Origin: Lama guanicoe
Taxonomy: Eukaryota
Reading direction: 5' to 3'
DNA length: 64,000 nt
NCBI GenBank assembly: GCA_013239625.1
Contig: MU054400.1
Location: forward strand, 4,901,802 to 4,965,801
The notes beneath the pieces are model-generated. The model saw nothing but the letters and a program-made list of their open reading frames with translations, was not told the origin of the DNA and did not search any database. Position numbers and translations under genes: made by a program. Below, in pieces: positions 12,250-26,634 of this stretch; the stretch's first letter is position 1, and each line of letters begins with the position of its first letter.

Positions 12250-14986
12250 TTTCTCTCCTTTCTTAACATATCAGTTATACTTTTTTTTTTAACATTTTTT
12301 ATCAAGTTATAGTCATTCTACAATGTTGTGTCAAATTCCAGTGTAGAGCACAATTTTTCAGTTATACATGAACATACATACATTGTCACATTCTCTTTCG
12401 CTGTGAGCCACCACAAAATCCTGTATATATTTCCCTGTGCTACATAGTGCAGTCTTGTTGATCTGTTCTACATCTTGAAATCCCAGTCTGGCCCTTCCCA
12501 CCCCCCGCCCCCCTGGCAACCACAAGTTTGTACTCTCTGTCTATGAGTCTGTTTCTGTTTTGTATTTATGTTTTTGGGTTTTTTTTAGATTCCTCATATG
12601 AGTGATCTCTTATGGTATCTCTTTTTTTTTTTTAACCTTTTTTATGGCTTATTTCCTCTTCTGGCTTCTTTCAAGGTTTTTATTTTATGTTTGATTTTCT
12701 GTAGTTTGCTGATGTTATGGTTAGGTGTGGTGGTTTGGGGTTTTTTTGTTTTGGTTTTTGTTTTGGTTTTTTTTGTTGTTGTCATTGTTGTTTGGCATTT
12801 ATCCTGCTGGGTATTCTCTGAACTTCCGGGTCTGTGGATTGATGTCTGACATTAATTTCGAGGAAATTCTCGGTCACTATTATTTCAAATATTTCTTCTG
12901 TTTCTTCCTCTTTCTTCCTCCCTCGGTGTCCCCGTTATGCATGTCATACCTTTTGGACCACCGTCCTTGGAAACGCTATTCTTTTTTATCCCAGGCTTTG
13001 TTCTCTCTGCTTTTCAAGAATTCTATTGATATATTCTAGAGCTCAGAGACTCTTTGCTCGGCCATGTCCATCAATGCCCATCAAAAGCATTCTTCATTTC
13101 TGTTACAGTGTGTTGGGTTTTTTTAATCTCTAGTATTTCCTTCTGGTTCTTAGGATTTCCATAGTCTCTTTTTGCACTGCCCATCTATCAGTTAGAGCCT
13201 TCAGCATATTAATCATAATTGCTTTAAATTCCTAGGCTGGTAATTTTAACATCCCTGCCATGTCTGATTCTGATGCTTGCTTTTTCTCTTCAAATCGTGG
13301 GGGACTTTTTTGCCTTTTTGTATGCCTCACGATTTTTTTCCTGACGACTGAGCGTGATATACTGGGCAAAAGGAACTGCTCTAAATGGGCTTTTAGTAAT
13401 GTGGAGGTGTGGCATGAGGGCAGGGGAAGTGTTCTGCAGCTCTACGGTCAGGTCTCAGTACTTAGTGAGCCTGTGCTTCTGGACTGTGAACTTCACAAGT
13501 GTTTCTCAGTTCTTTTCTCCCCTCTTAGATGGGACAGGATGGCTAAAGTTGGCTGGAGTTGGGTGTTTCCCTTCCCCAAGTCAGTGGGACTGATAATCCC
13601 TTATTGGGTTGGCTCTGGTTAGTTTCCTCTGCCTGCAAGACTTGTTAAGAAGAACAGAGTGCTCTGGTGTATTTCAAAATGCTTCCTTCCCTGCCCCCAG
13701 CCCTCCTCCCCCCCGCCCCAGGAAGTCCAGTATTTTCTCTGATATCCATTGTGGGATCCTGGTCAAGCTCCTAGAGGTAAAACTCACAATATTGTGGGGG
13801 ACCCCCTATGGCTAGGTCACCCTGGAGTTTTTAACTCTCAAAATTGTCCACATTGAGCTTCCAGCAAATTGTCAGTTACAGTTCAGGTTTTACCATCCAG
13901 CACCAGTTCCTGAGGCAGCTTCCTTTCATGAGTCTCTGCTCTGGTGAGATGTAACTGCCTGTGTTGCTTGTCTGTCTCTCCAATCTTGGGGGCAGTGGTT
14001 TACCCTGTGTCCTCCCTTCTCTTATGGATCCAAGAAGAGTCTTTGACTTTTCAGTATTTATAGCTTTTTATTTGTAGTTAGGATGGAGTGGTGACTTCCA
14101 AGCTCCTTACATGCAGAACCAGCCCAACATAATAAGCTTTTTCATGTAACCTCAACATCCCTGTGCGTAGCATGGCAGACATCTTTAAGGTGTCTGCTCA
14201 GTCCATGATCCCATCTTGGAGAAAAGTGCACCCTGCCCATAAGGGGAAGACTCAAGGCATGTTTGCTTGTGTGACCCTGTCTCTGGCTGCAGTTGATTGG
14301 ATTAGAGGCAGACATTTGACATAACGTGAGCCAATCAGATTTCCTATTCTAGGAACTTATCTTGAGACACAGAGACACCAGTGAGTTGGATGATGAAGCT
14401 GGAATTAAGAAGGAGATGGCTTTGATGGGGGTAGAAGCTCCAGGTGAGCAAGACTGGTTCCCAAAATCCCCATCCTGGACCCAAGGGAAGGGCATCCAAG
14501 GGTCTCCAAGGATCATCAGAGGAGAATCACTATTTGTGCTCCTGTTTCTCGGGGTCTGTCTATGTCTTTTTTTCTCAGAGAAAGAAGTCAAGAGGTCATA
14601 ATTGGGTACCACCACCACTAACTGACCACTCCTCCATTCCCCAGGGGGGCATAAACAGTCTTGCTCACGATGACTCAGCACACCCAGACCCGAACGGACA
14701 ACACAAAGAAGAAGCGATATGTTAACTCTGAGTTTAGAGGCCATACTGCCTGGGTTTGTATTCCAGCTCTGTTGCTCATTGGCTGGAGACCTTGGACAGA
14801 TTACCTCACCTATCTGTCCTCCATTTCGTCATCTGAGTAATGGGTTATTGATAGTACCTAACTCATAAGGTCATTGTGAAGATTAAATGAGTGATCTAAT
14901 GTTACATGCATTAGCTGTGATTGTTACTATTAATATTACTTGACATAAAGCAATGAAGACTTTTTTTTAGAAAAAGAAAGAGTGTA

Positions 14987-14992
14987 TTTATT
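14987..14992 (-). terminator. FBP1: FBP1 polyadenylation signal (distal AATAAA)
   Basis: TTTATT on plus strand about 230 nt past the stop; on the minus strand it is followed by T-rich sequence. Confidence 0.65.
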
Positions 14993-15110
14993 TCTCCTCT
15001 ATCCACTCAAAATATATCTTGACCATCAGTGGCATTGTTGAGACAGCATTCTGGGTAAGCAGCACAAGGCATTACACAGCCAGCATTTGACCGTGAAAAT
15101 ATCCACCCTT

Positions 15111-15116
15111 TTTATT
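15111..15116 (-). terminator. FBP1: Possible proximal polyadenylation signal of FBP1
   Basis: second AATAAA about 108 nt past the stop. Confidence 0.35.
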
Positions 15117-15223
15117 TCTATCTCTAGGAATGTTTGATGCACAGTCAGAACAGAGTAACACTGTGTGAGCTAAAAGTTCCAGATAAAAAGCAATTCTGTT
15201 TGGTGTGAGCAAGGCCAGCCTCT

Positions 15224-15415
15224 TCATTGGGTAGCGTGCTTCTTGTATATCTCCAGGAACTCCGCCACGTCTTCCGGAGACCCCAGGATGATTGGCGCCC
15301 TCTGGTGGATGTCAGTGGGAACAATGTCCAACACGGCTTCCTTCCCCGTTGTGGCCAGCCCTCCGGCCTTCTCCATGACGTAGGCCATTGGGTTGCACTC
15401 ATACAGTAGCCTCAG
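15224..15415 (-). CDS. FBP1: FBP1 coding exon 7 (192 nt incl. TGA stop)
   Basis: tccag|[66 protein letters not shown]; the seven exons sum to 1017 nt. Confidence 0.98.
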   Translation of the reverse strand: MRLLYECNPMAYVMEKAGGLATTGKEAVLDIVPTDIHQRAPIILGSPEDVAEFLEIYKKHATQ

Positions 15416-16743
15416 CTGGAAGACAAGAGCAGCATCCTCACACCAGCACATATGACATAGAAAAGAGAGCTGTTCCATAGCAAAGAGCGCAGAGCTGATC
15501 CAAGGTAACAATTTCCCTTTCCTTCCATGAGGCTGTAAAAGCTCCGCCACAAGGCTGCATCAAACACCAAAAGATTAATTTAACCATTTGGGTAAATGAA
15601 GCCATTCATCCAGCTGGAGCCAGCCACAGATTGCCTGATGCGAATGTGAGGCAGACCACCTGGACTCCGGACCGAATGACGTTTTGGCAGAACCGGTGGT
15701 TCCCTTCTCTTTAGGGCACAGACACTGGACCTCATGAGTGACTCTCTGTGTGTTTTGGATGGAGCTTTGCCTATTCGGAAAGCCTTTCAGAGTCCATGGT
15801 AGTGTCTGGCTGCAGACATCTGGAAAGCAGACTGGCTCCTCCAAACAGTACAATATTGTTTGTAACTCCGTACACATTCCTTTTACAATCCTCCCAAGGC
15901 TTGAGGGTTGGGATTTAGCATGTTATACATCTTGGCGTTTACTTTTAAATATTAACTTTTTTTGACTGTATGCATTTTCATACAGTCTGCCTACTGAGTA
16001 GACAACTTTTTGCAGGTGTTTCCTGACTCTATTTCCATACAGCTGTCATGGCAAGATTTACGAAACTGAAAAAAAAAGGGGGGGGGGATTGGGAGGAACC
16101 TCAATATTTGTGTTAAGGAACAATTTTTTTGAGGTGCTAGAGAGAAGTGCTATCAAGCAAGCTAATCACATAAGTTGGGATGCCTCAAGTTGCAATGGTA
16201 GGAGTGGCTTTTTAAGTAAATAAGAATGTCTTCAGTGCCCTGGACGCCACGTGCCATGAACAGAGATCTGACCATTCCGAAATAAATCGATTTCAAACTG
16301 TTTTAAGGGGATTATTGTTCCTAGTCCTTCTCTCAGATTAAAAAAATAAGACAATCTACTCATTGGGGAAAATGAAGGAGTAGTGTAGAAAAAAGTGGGG
16401 TGTCCCTTAGCCAGCATAAGCAAGTGCAGCCCACTCCATGATTCACGGGAACGCGGCGGGCATGAGACCAGGGCATCACTGATGGTTTACCTGAAAGCTC
16501 TAGGTTTCCCCCAGAGGTTCCTTCCTTCCCTAGAAAGGTATCATTTTCCAAGCAGCAAATGTCAGCTCACTAGTTGTTTCAATTTTATGCCTTTTGAAAG
16601 CAATCAAAGAAAACCTCTGTTTGGAGTACATCTGTGATTTGCTGCCTTAGTAATGAGGCTGGACGATTTCATTTCACTTTATGAATGGAGTTCATTTTGC
16701 CCAAGCCGAACCATGTATTCACTGGAAGCACCAAGTACTTTCA

Positions 16744-17142
<399 letters not shown>

Positions 17143-17762
17143 TTAGGGTTGCAGAAAAGAAAGGGCATCTTCTTTGTGTCCTCTACGCGTATTTGAGTCA
17201 ACGATCAAACAGAGCACCTACGAGGCTTGTCTTTGGGGCTGTGCTAGGCAATGTGATGAAAATCCTGTTCCCAAGAAGCAGAAAATGGAACGGAGGCAGC
17301 CTCTTAGACGTCTTACAGAAGCTCAGATCACCCGAGGAGGCCCCAGGGAAGGTGTGGTGGATTCTGTCTGCGGGGTTGGGGCAGGCATTCAGCAGGACCT
17401 CGCAGGATGAGAAGGTCTTTGCTGAGCTAAGCAGCTGGGCAAGGGTGGAGTTCTCATCTCGCAGGAGCAGGATCTAGCCCCCCCCCCCCGCCGCCCTGCC
17501 AAGGTTGGGGAGCAGAGAGAAGCGCTGCCGTCTGCCTTGGGCCTGGTGCCCTAGGCTAAGCACAGGGCTGGGGCGGGAGGGGATCCTGGGTAAAGCTGCA
17601 GGGCAAATCGTAAAGCTGGAGAAAGGGACTGGGGCCAGTTTGGAGGACCCTGGATGTCACACTAACAACATTTGGGCTTCCTCCTCAGAGTCCAGCAGTT
17701 TTCAAAGGTGTTTAAGCAAGGGTAGGAAAAAATTGGATATTCCCACATAGAACCAGCTCTAT

Positions 17763-18262
17763 TGTGAATGAAAAATATTGCCAGTCAATAAACAAAGGAT
17801 GCTGTGACCATCTAGTCATCAGCTCCTACCGCCACCCCGGACAGTGAGCGGAGGGAACTCAGGATGCAGACAAGCAGGCAGCCTGGCCTCTGCAGCCACC
17901 CCCAGCGGTGCCCCCTGAGGGAACACAGGATGGGAAAGAGCAGGGTACTGGCCCTAGATAGCCAGGTGCACATCAAAGGAATGATTTCAATGAGCCCAGA
18001 CCTTTGTACCTTCCCATACATAGAAAAGCGCTAAATTCCTTAAATTCAAATATCTGGTTTTCTTTAATTAACAGTAATCTTTTGATGTTCTGACTACCTG
18101 GTATTTGTGGCAAAACTCCTATATATCCTAGCCCCTCCCCTTCCTCTTTGGAACAGTCTCTTAGAGCAATTTGAGAGGCCACTTCCCGGGCTGGAGTCCT
18201 CAGAAAGTCCACCGAATAAAACATAATTCTCAATTTATAGGTTGTGCATTTTTTAGCCAGCA
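17763..18262 (+). mobile_element. Solo ERV1-type LTR in FBP1 intron 5, antisense to the gene
   Basis: TG...CA termini, TATATA 18120-18125, AATAAA 18215-18220, near-perfect 4-bp TSD CTAT/CTAC. Confidence 0.85.
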
Positions 18263-18698
18263 CTACAAACAGCCATTGCTTCTCTTGTTCAGTGATTTGT
18301 AACCTCTTTAGAGAGAGAGCACGATGGACACTCTCAATCTTGAGATGACTGATAGGAATCCGTCAGGTGCCACGAGGCAGGGTCTGGGGGTGCAAGAACT
18401 AAGTTTTGTACCAACTGGGATCAGGGACCCCAGGAGTGAAACGTGTCCTGTTGCCATGAACTCATTCACCTGGCTGACTTTACTGCCCTGACTTTTGCCA
18501 AAGGAAAGTGGCAAAGGGGTTGATGTCTCAGGGCAGGGGTTCCAGTCCCCAGCACCTGGGTAGGAACTTAACCATGGGGTCAGTGCACAGTGGACTCCAA
18601 GCCACTTCCCACTCCCACCTTTGGGCTCCAGGGTAAGTCACGAATCACAAATCACACGTTTCTGTGTATCTCAGGGGCCCCTGGGAGCCCGCACTTAC

Positions 18699-18836
18699 TG
18701 GGGGGAACTTCTTCCTCTGGACGTACTCGGTGACGGCAGGCTCGAAGTCCTTGGCGTAGCCCTCATTCAGGCTGTAGATGCTCCCTTTCTTCTTGATCTT
18801 CACATCCCTGTCCACCAAGATGAACTCTCCGATGGC
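18699..18836 (-). CDS. FBP1: FBP1 coding exon 5 (138 nt)
   Basis: cacag|[49 protein letters not shown]; donor CCA|GTAAGT. Confidence 0.98.
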
Positions 18837-21713
18837 CTGTGAGACAGGAAGGAAAGGTGCAGAGGCGATGAGATGCCTCCTCCAGGCCTGGGGTGGGGGT
18901 GGGGGGGTGAGAGGCTGGGTCGAGGTCGGGGGTGAGGCATAGAGCCTGAGGTCACGCCTGTGCTTCAGCACAAAGAGCTTGCTTTTCGTTTTGCATTTTT
19001 TCAACCGAGGTGTAATTGACACGAAACATTTTGTTCATCTCAGGTGTACAACATAGTGATTCAATATTTGTGTATGTTGTGAAATGATTACCCGCAAGGG
19101 AGCATCTCCTTGGCTGGGACACCCGTGCCTCGGGAAAAAAATGTTTTTTGGTGCAGACGGGAGCTAGGATATCAGCTGGGTTACACCCAAGTGTTCACGG
19201 CTGCTCTCAGCTTTTCATTTTCCGTCTCTGTCTTGATGTCATTTTCCCTTTTGTGTGTTGCCATAGAAAAGAGCAGAACCCTGAGTTTCGAGTCACAGCC
19301 TGTGTAACTTCCGGTGCCTTTGCCCACTGATCTGCAGAGAGTTTCTCAGAACCCAACCTCTTACAAATTCTCAGGGCTAAACTGAGGCCTTTAGGGCGTA
19401 GGTCCTTCAAAGGAGACTCGAATCTGGGAGGATGGTGTCACAGAACTCCTCCAGCTCTGGACTGAGGATTGTTTTGTGCTCCTCTGCATTGCTGATAAGA
19501 GAGTGATTGAGGCTCTGCCCATCTGGGGAGGGAGGCTGCTCCAAGAGGCGAGAGTGAAGAGGAAGGGAACATCTCCCCAGCCATTTACTCCCAGTGCAAA
19601 GATTGGTTCCTGCCAATATGGAGCCTGTCGGAACTAGAAAGGAAGGGAGGGAGAGAGAGAGCAGGATAGGGAGGGGAAAGAGACTAGAATTAACAGTGGT
19701 CACTGAAAGGCATCATTATGAGTGATTCTTTTTTTTTTTCTTATTTTTTTGGTAGAAGTCTGGAAAATGAAGGCATCACACAACAGGTGCTCATGAAGCC
19801 ATGCTTTGCAGACGCTCCACCCTCCTACTTGGCCAGAGCAATGCAGCGGTGAAGGAGGAAGTCTCCTTATGTAGAGACAAGAGACTGAAAAGCTTTTTGA
19901 AAGTAGCACATAAAGCTGTTGTGCTCTTTTTAGCAGAAACTGTCAGCCTGTCCTCCCAGCGAAGCAAAATGAAAAGAAAGCGCTAAGCTGGTCCAAGGTT
20001 CGTCCCCCCAGCCCCCGCCCCTGCAGGCATGGGGAGCAGAGGGCTCATGAGATCTGGGGAGGGCGGTGGCCAGCAGGGGAGGATTGCCAACGCCTGCACG
20101 GTCCTTCCAAACACTGAGTGGCTATTCTGTGAGGAGGGCAAAAGGCTATGAAACACAGAAACTTACTCCCGGAGACACGGTCTGCAATCTAGAAACAGAA
20201 GAAGAGATTTAATGTTTCCTACATGGCTATCAACCCAAAGCTAACAGAGAAGCCACCAGAATAATGTCTGGGGAAGCGGTCAATGCCTGGCCAGAGGATA
20301 GATCTGCAAACGTCAGTGATTCCAGAAACTGTACCCTGGGCTCAGCATGAACTTCGCTCTGGTTCTGCCACGATTTTCCCCTGAAATCACCTCCTTCAGA
20401 GGCTTAAACTAGTGCTGCTTCCCTGCCCTTGTTTATTTACTGAGCACTGGTACTTCCAAGGAGGCAAAGTCCAGTTGTGTAAGAGTGCAGGGGACCAAGG
20501 CAGCCTACGTCCTGATTTATACAACCTGCCACCTACAAACCCCGAGGTCTCACCGCCAGCAACCTGCCTCTCATAGGATTCCAGCGGCTGCTGGTCCTTG
20601 GCGTTCAGTTTGTCAGCAAAAAGCACCGAATAAACAAAGTGTTTTATTAATGTCATCTGAGGCCATTTCTAAACCTGAAAGGTATTTACAAACGCAATTC
20701 TTTTTCCCTTGGGACACTGGATCAAAGGCATAAGGTACGTGCTGACCTAGTGAAGACGGTTCCATGGCGTCCACATTCAGTGCTGGGTTTCGTTGGGCTA
20801 AATATTTAATGAAATTTCTTTGCTCATTTTATGTGCTCTGTTGAAACTGTTCTCTAACAAAATAAATAAGTAACTCCAGTCAATAGACGTGTAGAAGAAA
20901 TGACCCACAAATTAGAACTGTTAATGAGGATTTTTTTCATGGTACCTTGGGCTCCTCTCCATAAGGGAGCTTTCCTCTGCAAGGCAGAGTCAGGAATTAT
21001 CTTCACTTCCTTCTTTATTTTCACTTCCTTGAGTTTATCAGAGCTTTATCAAAACCGCAAGGGTTCACTGCAGGTTTGAGTGTATGTGCATAACATCAAA
21101 GAAACTGGGGAGCTAATTGTGGAGCAACGATGCTGTCCGCTGCTTCAGCTGGGACCCCGGTTCACCTCTGGAGAATCATGGATACAGTGGGTGGCAAACA
21201 GACCATCTCCAGGCCTGCTCTGGCCCATAAACGTGTTTTGGTTGGCTAGCACAGTGTTTTACAAATTCAGAAACATTACATTTTCTGCAAATCCAGTTCT
21301 TAAAACACTGGCAGCCTTGGCGAGACTGAGCCACTCTTCTGAGGAGTAACAACTAATGGACCGATCCTGGCCCCCCAGCCCCGCCATTGCCCCAGACGTC
21401 CCTCCCCAGCACACGTCACTCAGTTGTGTGGCCTGTTGGCCCGGCCCAGGGAGCATTTCAGTCAGGAGTAATGTCCTTTCTGAAGAATTCATCTTGGAAC
21501 AAAGACTCCCTCTTTATACTCTGGACAGACATCATTTCTCACCTTGATGATCTTCTCATAATATACACATTGTCCCTGCATCTCCCTTTCCCCCTTCCCC
21601 ACCCTGTCATCTCTGTCCCTCCGTGGGCCTCATCTGCCACCTCTAGGTGCCCCCCCCACACCCCACTCACACACACAACGGGCACTCACTCACAGCCACC
21701 AGCCGAGCACCTA

Positions 21714-21875
<162 letters not shown>

Positions 21876-24199
21876 CTAGGGATAAGGAAGACAACAAAAG
21901 ATGTTTTTGTTTTGCTTTGTTCTGTGGTTCTTTTTTCCAGTTCATCCATTAGCAAGATGCATTATCAAGGGGTTCCCTTAATGAAATAGGGCATTTTCCC
22001 GGAGGGCCGTCCTCCACACATCAGTGACACCCCGATTATACTAGCACAGCGGCCTTCCCACCAAACCCCAAATTTCCTGCGTCTGGACCCTTCTTTCCAA
22101 TCAGGGCTCTCCCCCCATTTTACTAATTCGATATCCCCTCATTTCTCCATTATCACTTTCCAACAAGAGCATGCCGCCTTGTCAGCTCGCACTAATTTGA
22201 TCTCATTACAGGCATCAGTGTCTTTCCCCTGCCTACTCCATCTTTATTTAAACAAATTAAAACTGGGCTGCAGGGCTATGAGTCTGCTGAGGAAATCAAT
22301 TTCACGAGCTCTTGCCGGTTGCCGCACACAGTCCTGTGAGCAGCGTGGTCCATGCTCACACATCAAAGGGAGTCACAGAAATACGGGAGCTGAGAATATC
22401 TCCCCAGCATCCTTATAGTATAGGGCAAACGCTTTCCATTTTTTTGACCGTGACCCACAGTAAAAAAATACACTTTACGTCACAAACCGGTACCAACACA
22501 TACACACGTGCACACACAACTACAAGAATTTAACAAAGTAATATTTACACTTAGAACATGACATGTACTCCAATCTTTTCTATGTTTTTCACTTAAAACC
22601 CAGCCTATTGGATCATGTGACACACAGTGTGTTCCCTCATACTAAGGAAGGGAACAACACAAGGGCATAGCTCTAATCAATGATCACTAACTGTCAATTA
22701 CCTTCTTTATTAACACTTGACAAGTCTGTGGTCCTCAAAACAGCTCCAAACAAATCTTTCAAGTTGAAGCCCCTCTATTTGAATTTACATAGAATTGAAA
22801 ATGGGCAATTTCTGCCGATGTCATACGTTCCTTCCCCCACCAGAGATTCTGGGGCTGAGAGCAAGTGAAGGCATCTGTATCATCATGCTGGACACTGGTC
22901 ATCTCAGCAAAAACATTCCTGGTAATTTCTTGCTATAACTTTTGAAAGTGTGGTCCAGAGACCGTGCACATTGGAGTCACTTGAGATGTCTATTTAAAGT
23001 GCAATTCTGGGGCTGCAGCCTCGACTTACTGATTCAGACTTTCTAAGATGGCCCTGGGAACCTGTATTTTACCATGCACCATAGGTGACTCTTGTACTGA
23101 CATTTAAGAGCTACTTACGTAAAAAGGAAATGTCATATAAAAAATTTTTTTCTCTCCCTTTTTTTTCTCTTTATCTCCAATCCCTGTGTTTAATAGTTTT
23201 CATCTAGGTGGTTGGTTGATTGGGTTGGGTCAAATTATTTGATTTAGTTTGGTTTGAATTCACAGGGTCGTGCGTTACAGCTAAACACAGACCAAATACA
23301 CTAGTGAAAATGTGAGTTGCTATCTCAGACTCCAAGTTTTGCCAGTGCTCAACCTTGAGAAAGGAACCAGCTTCCTTCAAAGTCAGGCCTCTGACTTCAT
23401 AACCACTTAACACTGCAAGTGCAGCACAAAATAAGACAAAGGTAATAGGTAATAAGACAAATAAATTGACTGGAAGCCACCAGAGGCTTAGGGCAGTCAG
23501 TTCTCCACCAAGAAAAGTCTCCCAGAGATTCACCTTGCCTAGAACCATCCACGTCTGCCTGTGGCACAAGAGTGAACAGTCTTCACAAGAGTGAAATACT
23601 GTCACCAAGTAGTCTCAGCCTCTAGCATTCTCCCATGGAATAAGAAATGGTGACACTATCTGTGATCCTCATAGACAGACAGAACAATTCCATCTAGTCT
23701 GGGATTTGGAAGAGTTCTTTTCTAGCCCAATCCCCTTCCTAATGCATGAATTCCCTTCTCCAAACTCCCAGCAATAATGCCTTCGCTCCAAGGGAATCCA
23801 TTACATTCTCAAATGGACACTCAGAGACCAACGCACATAAGTGTTTGGCAAAATTAGAAAGCCTTTGGACCCTACCTTGCTCTGCCTACCCCAGGCCACC
23901 ACCTGCTGTAGGTAGTGCTTTTTCAATCCATGTCATTCCATAAGAAGTAGGGAAGACGCCATGGATTCTGGAGACTGGAGGTGGTGAAGGACAACGTCGG
24001 GCAGAAGTAGGGGGTGCTGTCATGTCATCAGATCTGAGGTCTTCCCTCAGAGGGGCAGCTGACCCTCCTTAGAAGGCCTCACAGGGCATCTGTCAGCATC
24101 TCCAGTAACTCAGCCACTATTATCCACTTACTGTTGCACCAGGCAACAGTGGGCAAGAATTACATATCAGAGGAGGCCCCTGCTCTTAAGGAATTTATA

Positions 24200-24720
24200 A
24201 ACTGCAGTGAACAGGGTTTGATTTTGCTGGCCAGCACCCGTTACCCTTCTGCTGGTAATTGCACCATAATCTTCCTTAAGAGACTGCCTCCCTTGCCCTC
24301 AGCTCCAGGGGTGGGCACATGACCCTGGCCTGGCCAATCAGATGACTGCATGCCTCAAGCCACAGTTGAGAGATGGGTACATGACCTAAGCCAAGCCAGT
24401 CAGAGCCAGTGAGATGATATTCCTGTTGGAATTCTTAGAAAAGAGGCTTGCATCTTCTACTTGAGTTGCTGAAAGAAATGGATGCAATCCCAGACCTACC
24501 CAGGGCCACTTTGCCACCAGAGAAGAGGGAGCAATAGAGAGGGAGAGGAAGTGTGTCTTGTTTATGTGGTCTGAGTCTTTAAATGCAGCTGTACCTGAAG
24601 CAGACCTACCCACTGGGCTTTCTAGTTATGTGAGCCAATCATTTTCCTTTCCCTTCCTTCCTTCCTTCCTTCCTTCCATCCTTCGAAGGTAGTGTGAGTT
24701 ATGATACTGTCTGTTGAATC
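24200..24720. mobile_element. MaLR (MLT1-like) LTR with a (TTCC)n tract
   Basis: CACATGACC...GGCCAATCAG repeats; TAGTTATGTGAGCCAAT; (TTCC)n at about 24650-24684. Confidence 0.65.
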
Positions 24721-26634
24721 TTAATACACAAAACAAGGCAATCAATGTTAGTAGCTACCATTTATTGAGCATTTTTTATATGCCAGGCACTATTTTCAAT
24801 GTGTTATGCTGAATTTTCAGTATCTCCCCTTTGTGGATAAGAAAGCGAGAGACAGAGAGGACACCTTGCCCAAGGTCCCACAGAGCTGGTAAGTGTCAAC
24901 GCAGAGAAGCTACAATCCATCTGGCTATTATCACGGCTCCCTCTGCCCAGTTAGGGGAAGTGGATTGGATTCTGAAGCTGCTGGAGCACTTTTGAAGCCC
25001 TGCTTTTAGTTGTGGGGACTGGATATTTTTAAAGGACGTTGCAAATTAGAATGTATCCAGTAGAGGGTGATCACACTGGAGAGAGGACTAAAAATCATCT
25101 CACATGAAAGATGTTTAACTTAAAAAGAATCTTATTTTCTGATGCTCTAAAAGGCCAAATGAGCAATAAGGAGACAGATTTTGACTCAACATTTGGAACA
25201 CTTTAACCATGATGATCAATCAACATATCGGGAGAATTCTACGTTTCTGGATGTCTCCAGCCCCAGAGGCTGGGTGACCCTTTCAGAGGTGCTGTGGCAG
25301 GAACTTCGTGGAACACAGGACCACATGCCCTAAGGGATCTTGTTGGAACCTATTTCCAGGCATCACGGGGGCAAGCCCAGAGCACTGCTGGCGGTTTCCC
25401 GTTACTGACTGATGCTGTGCCACTGAGTGGGTGCGCCAGGGAGCTGAATTCCAGCCCAGAAGCATCGCCGCAGGATGCAGGAAAGGTCTCCTTTAAAGCA
25501 TCAGCCATTTCAATATTTATGCCCCTTAAGCACTCAAATGGTTTCAAACAATCAATAAGGCTTTCAAAGACTGAAATGACTTAAAGGCAGTGTCACACTC
25601 ATCATCTCTTTAAGTCTTTTAAGAGTCATTTCAGGTTTATTAATAAGAGAGTGGGTTCATTATTGAATCTTTGTAGCATTCGTAATTCAAGCTGCTGTTG
25701 CAAGCTGGTTTGACTTTTTTAGTTGATAGCCAGTGTCTCTCAGTTTTCTAGGTTTGTTTTTTTTTTTAATTCACCTTTAAAATATTTCAGGGGGTGTTGA
25801 TGTGGAAACTGGGGCTGGCAAACATTAGTGCTGCTTCAGCTTTGGTTGAATCATTAACCAAAGGTCTTCTTCTGCATGAAGAATTGTGCTACAAGCCTCT
25901 CTTGCTGTGCTACATAGACCTGACTTCTGCAGATAAAATGACAGCCTCTGTGTCTGTAACAGGAAGGGGATGGATGTTTCCCGGTATGACTTGGAGAATG
26001 GATTCATTGCTGCCTCTGCCTTTCTGATAGGAGTATTCGAACCTTCTGTTACTCAAATTGATCTGCCTCTCAGCCAAGACAAAAGCAAAATACATTCCAG
26101 TGATGAAAGAGAACGGTCCCGTGGTGGTCCTGCTTTCCACGTTTGAAAGGAGATTATGCAATGCAATGCTAGACAACAAGTCACTTAGAAAAATTAAACA
26201 CAAATTGAGGTCTCGCTTCTTAAGTCATGGTCTCTATATCCCGGAACAGGAGCGTTGGAGGAACCTCGGAGGTCAGCTGAACCAGCCGCCTCGTCCATTA
26301 TGATGAAGGAAAGGGCTCAGCCTCAAAGGCGTCTGTGACGTTTCTTTTAAAAAATAAATAAGAAGGCTGAGGCCAAGACGACATATTTTAGATTTCATCA
26401 TGTTTTATGATGCGCCCAGGGGGATGCACTCTGTTTTTAACTTGTCTGTATATTTGAATGTTTTTCCATCACACCCACCCCATCCCCCCACGCCCCCCGC
26501 CGCCCCCCACACACTTAAAGTAAAAGAAGGAAAGAGAGACTTTGGAGGTAGAGTTACCTGCCCAGGTCACACAGGTGGAAGAGACTCAGGGCAAGAGTCT
26601 GGATTCCCAAGCTGCACCAGTGTGCTTTCCATAA

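Larger units (their letters stand above)
11050..14130 (-). mobile_element. Old L1 (L1MC/MD-like) mosaic with nested SINEs and a younger L1 3' end (about 12280-12620)
   Basis: ORF 11519-11803 gives an L1 endonuclease-like peptide (KKTGVAII...VIRDKETQYIVIKESILQEDI); T-rich antisense L1 composition. Confidence 0.8.
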
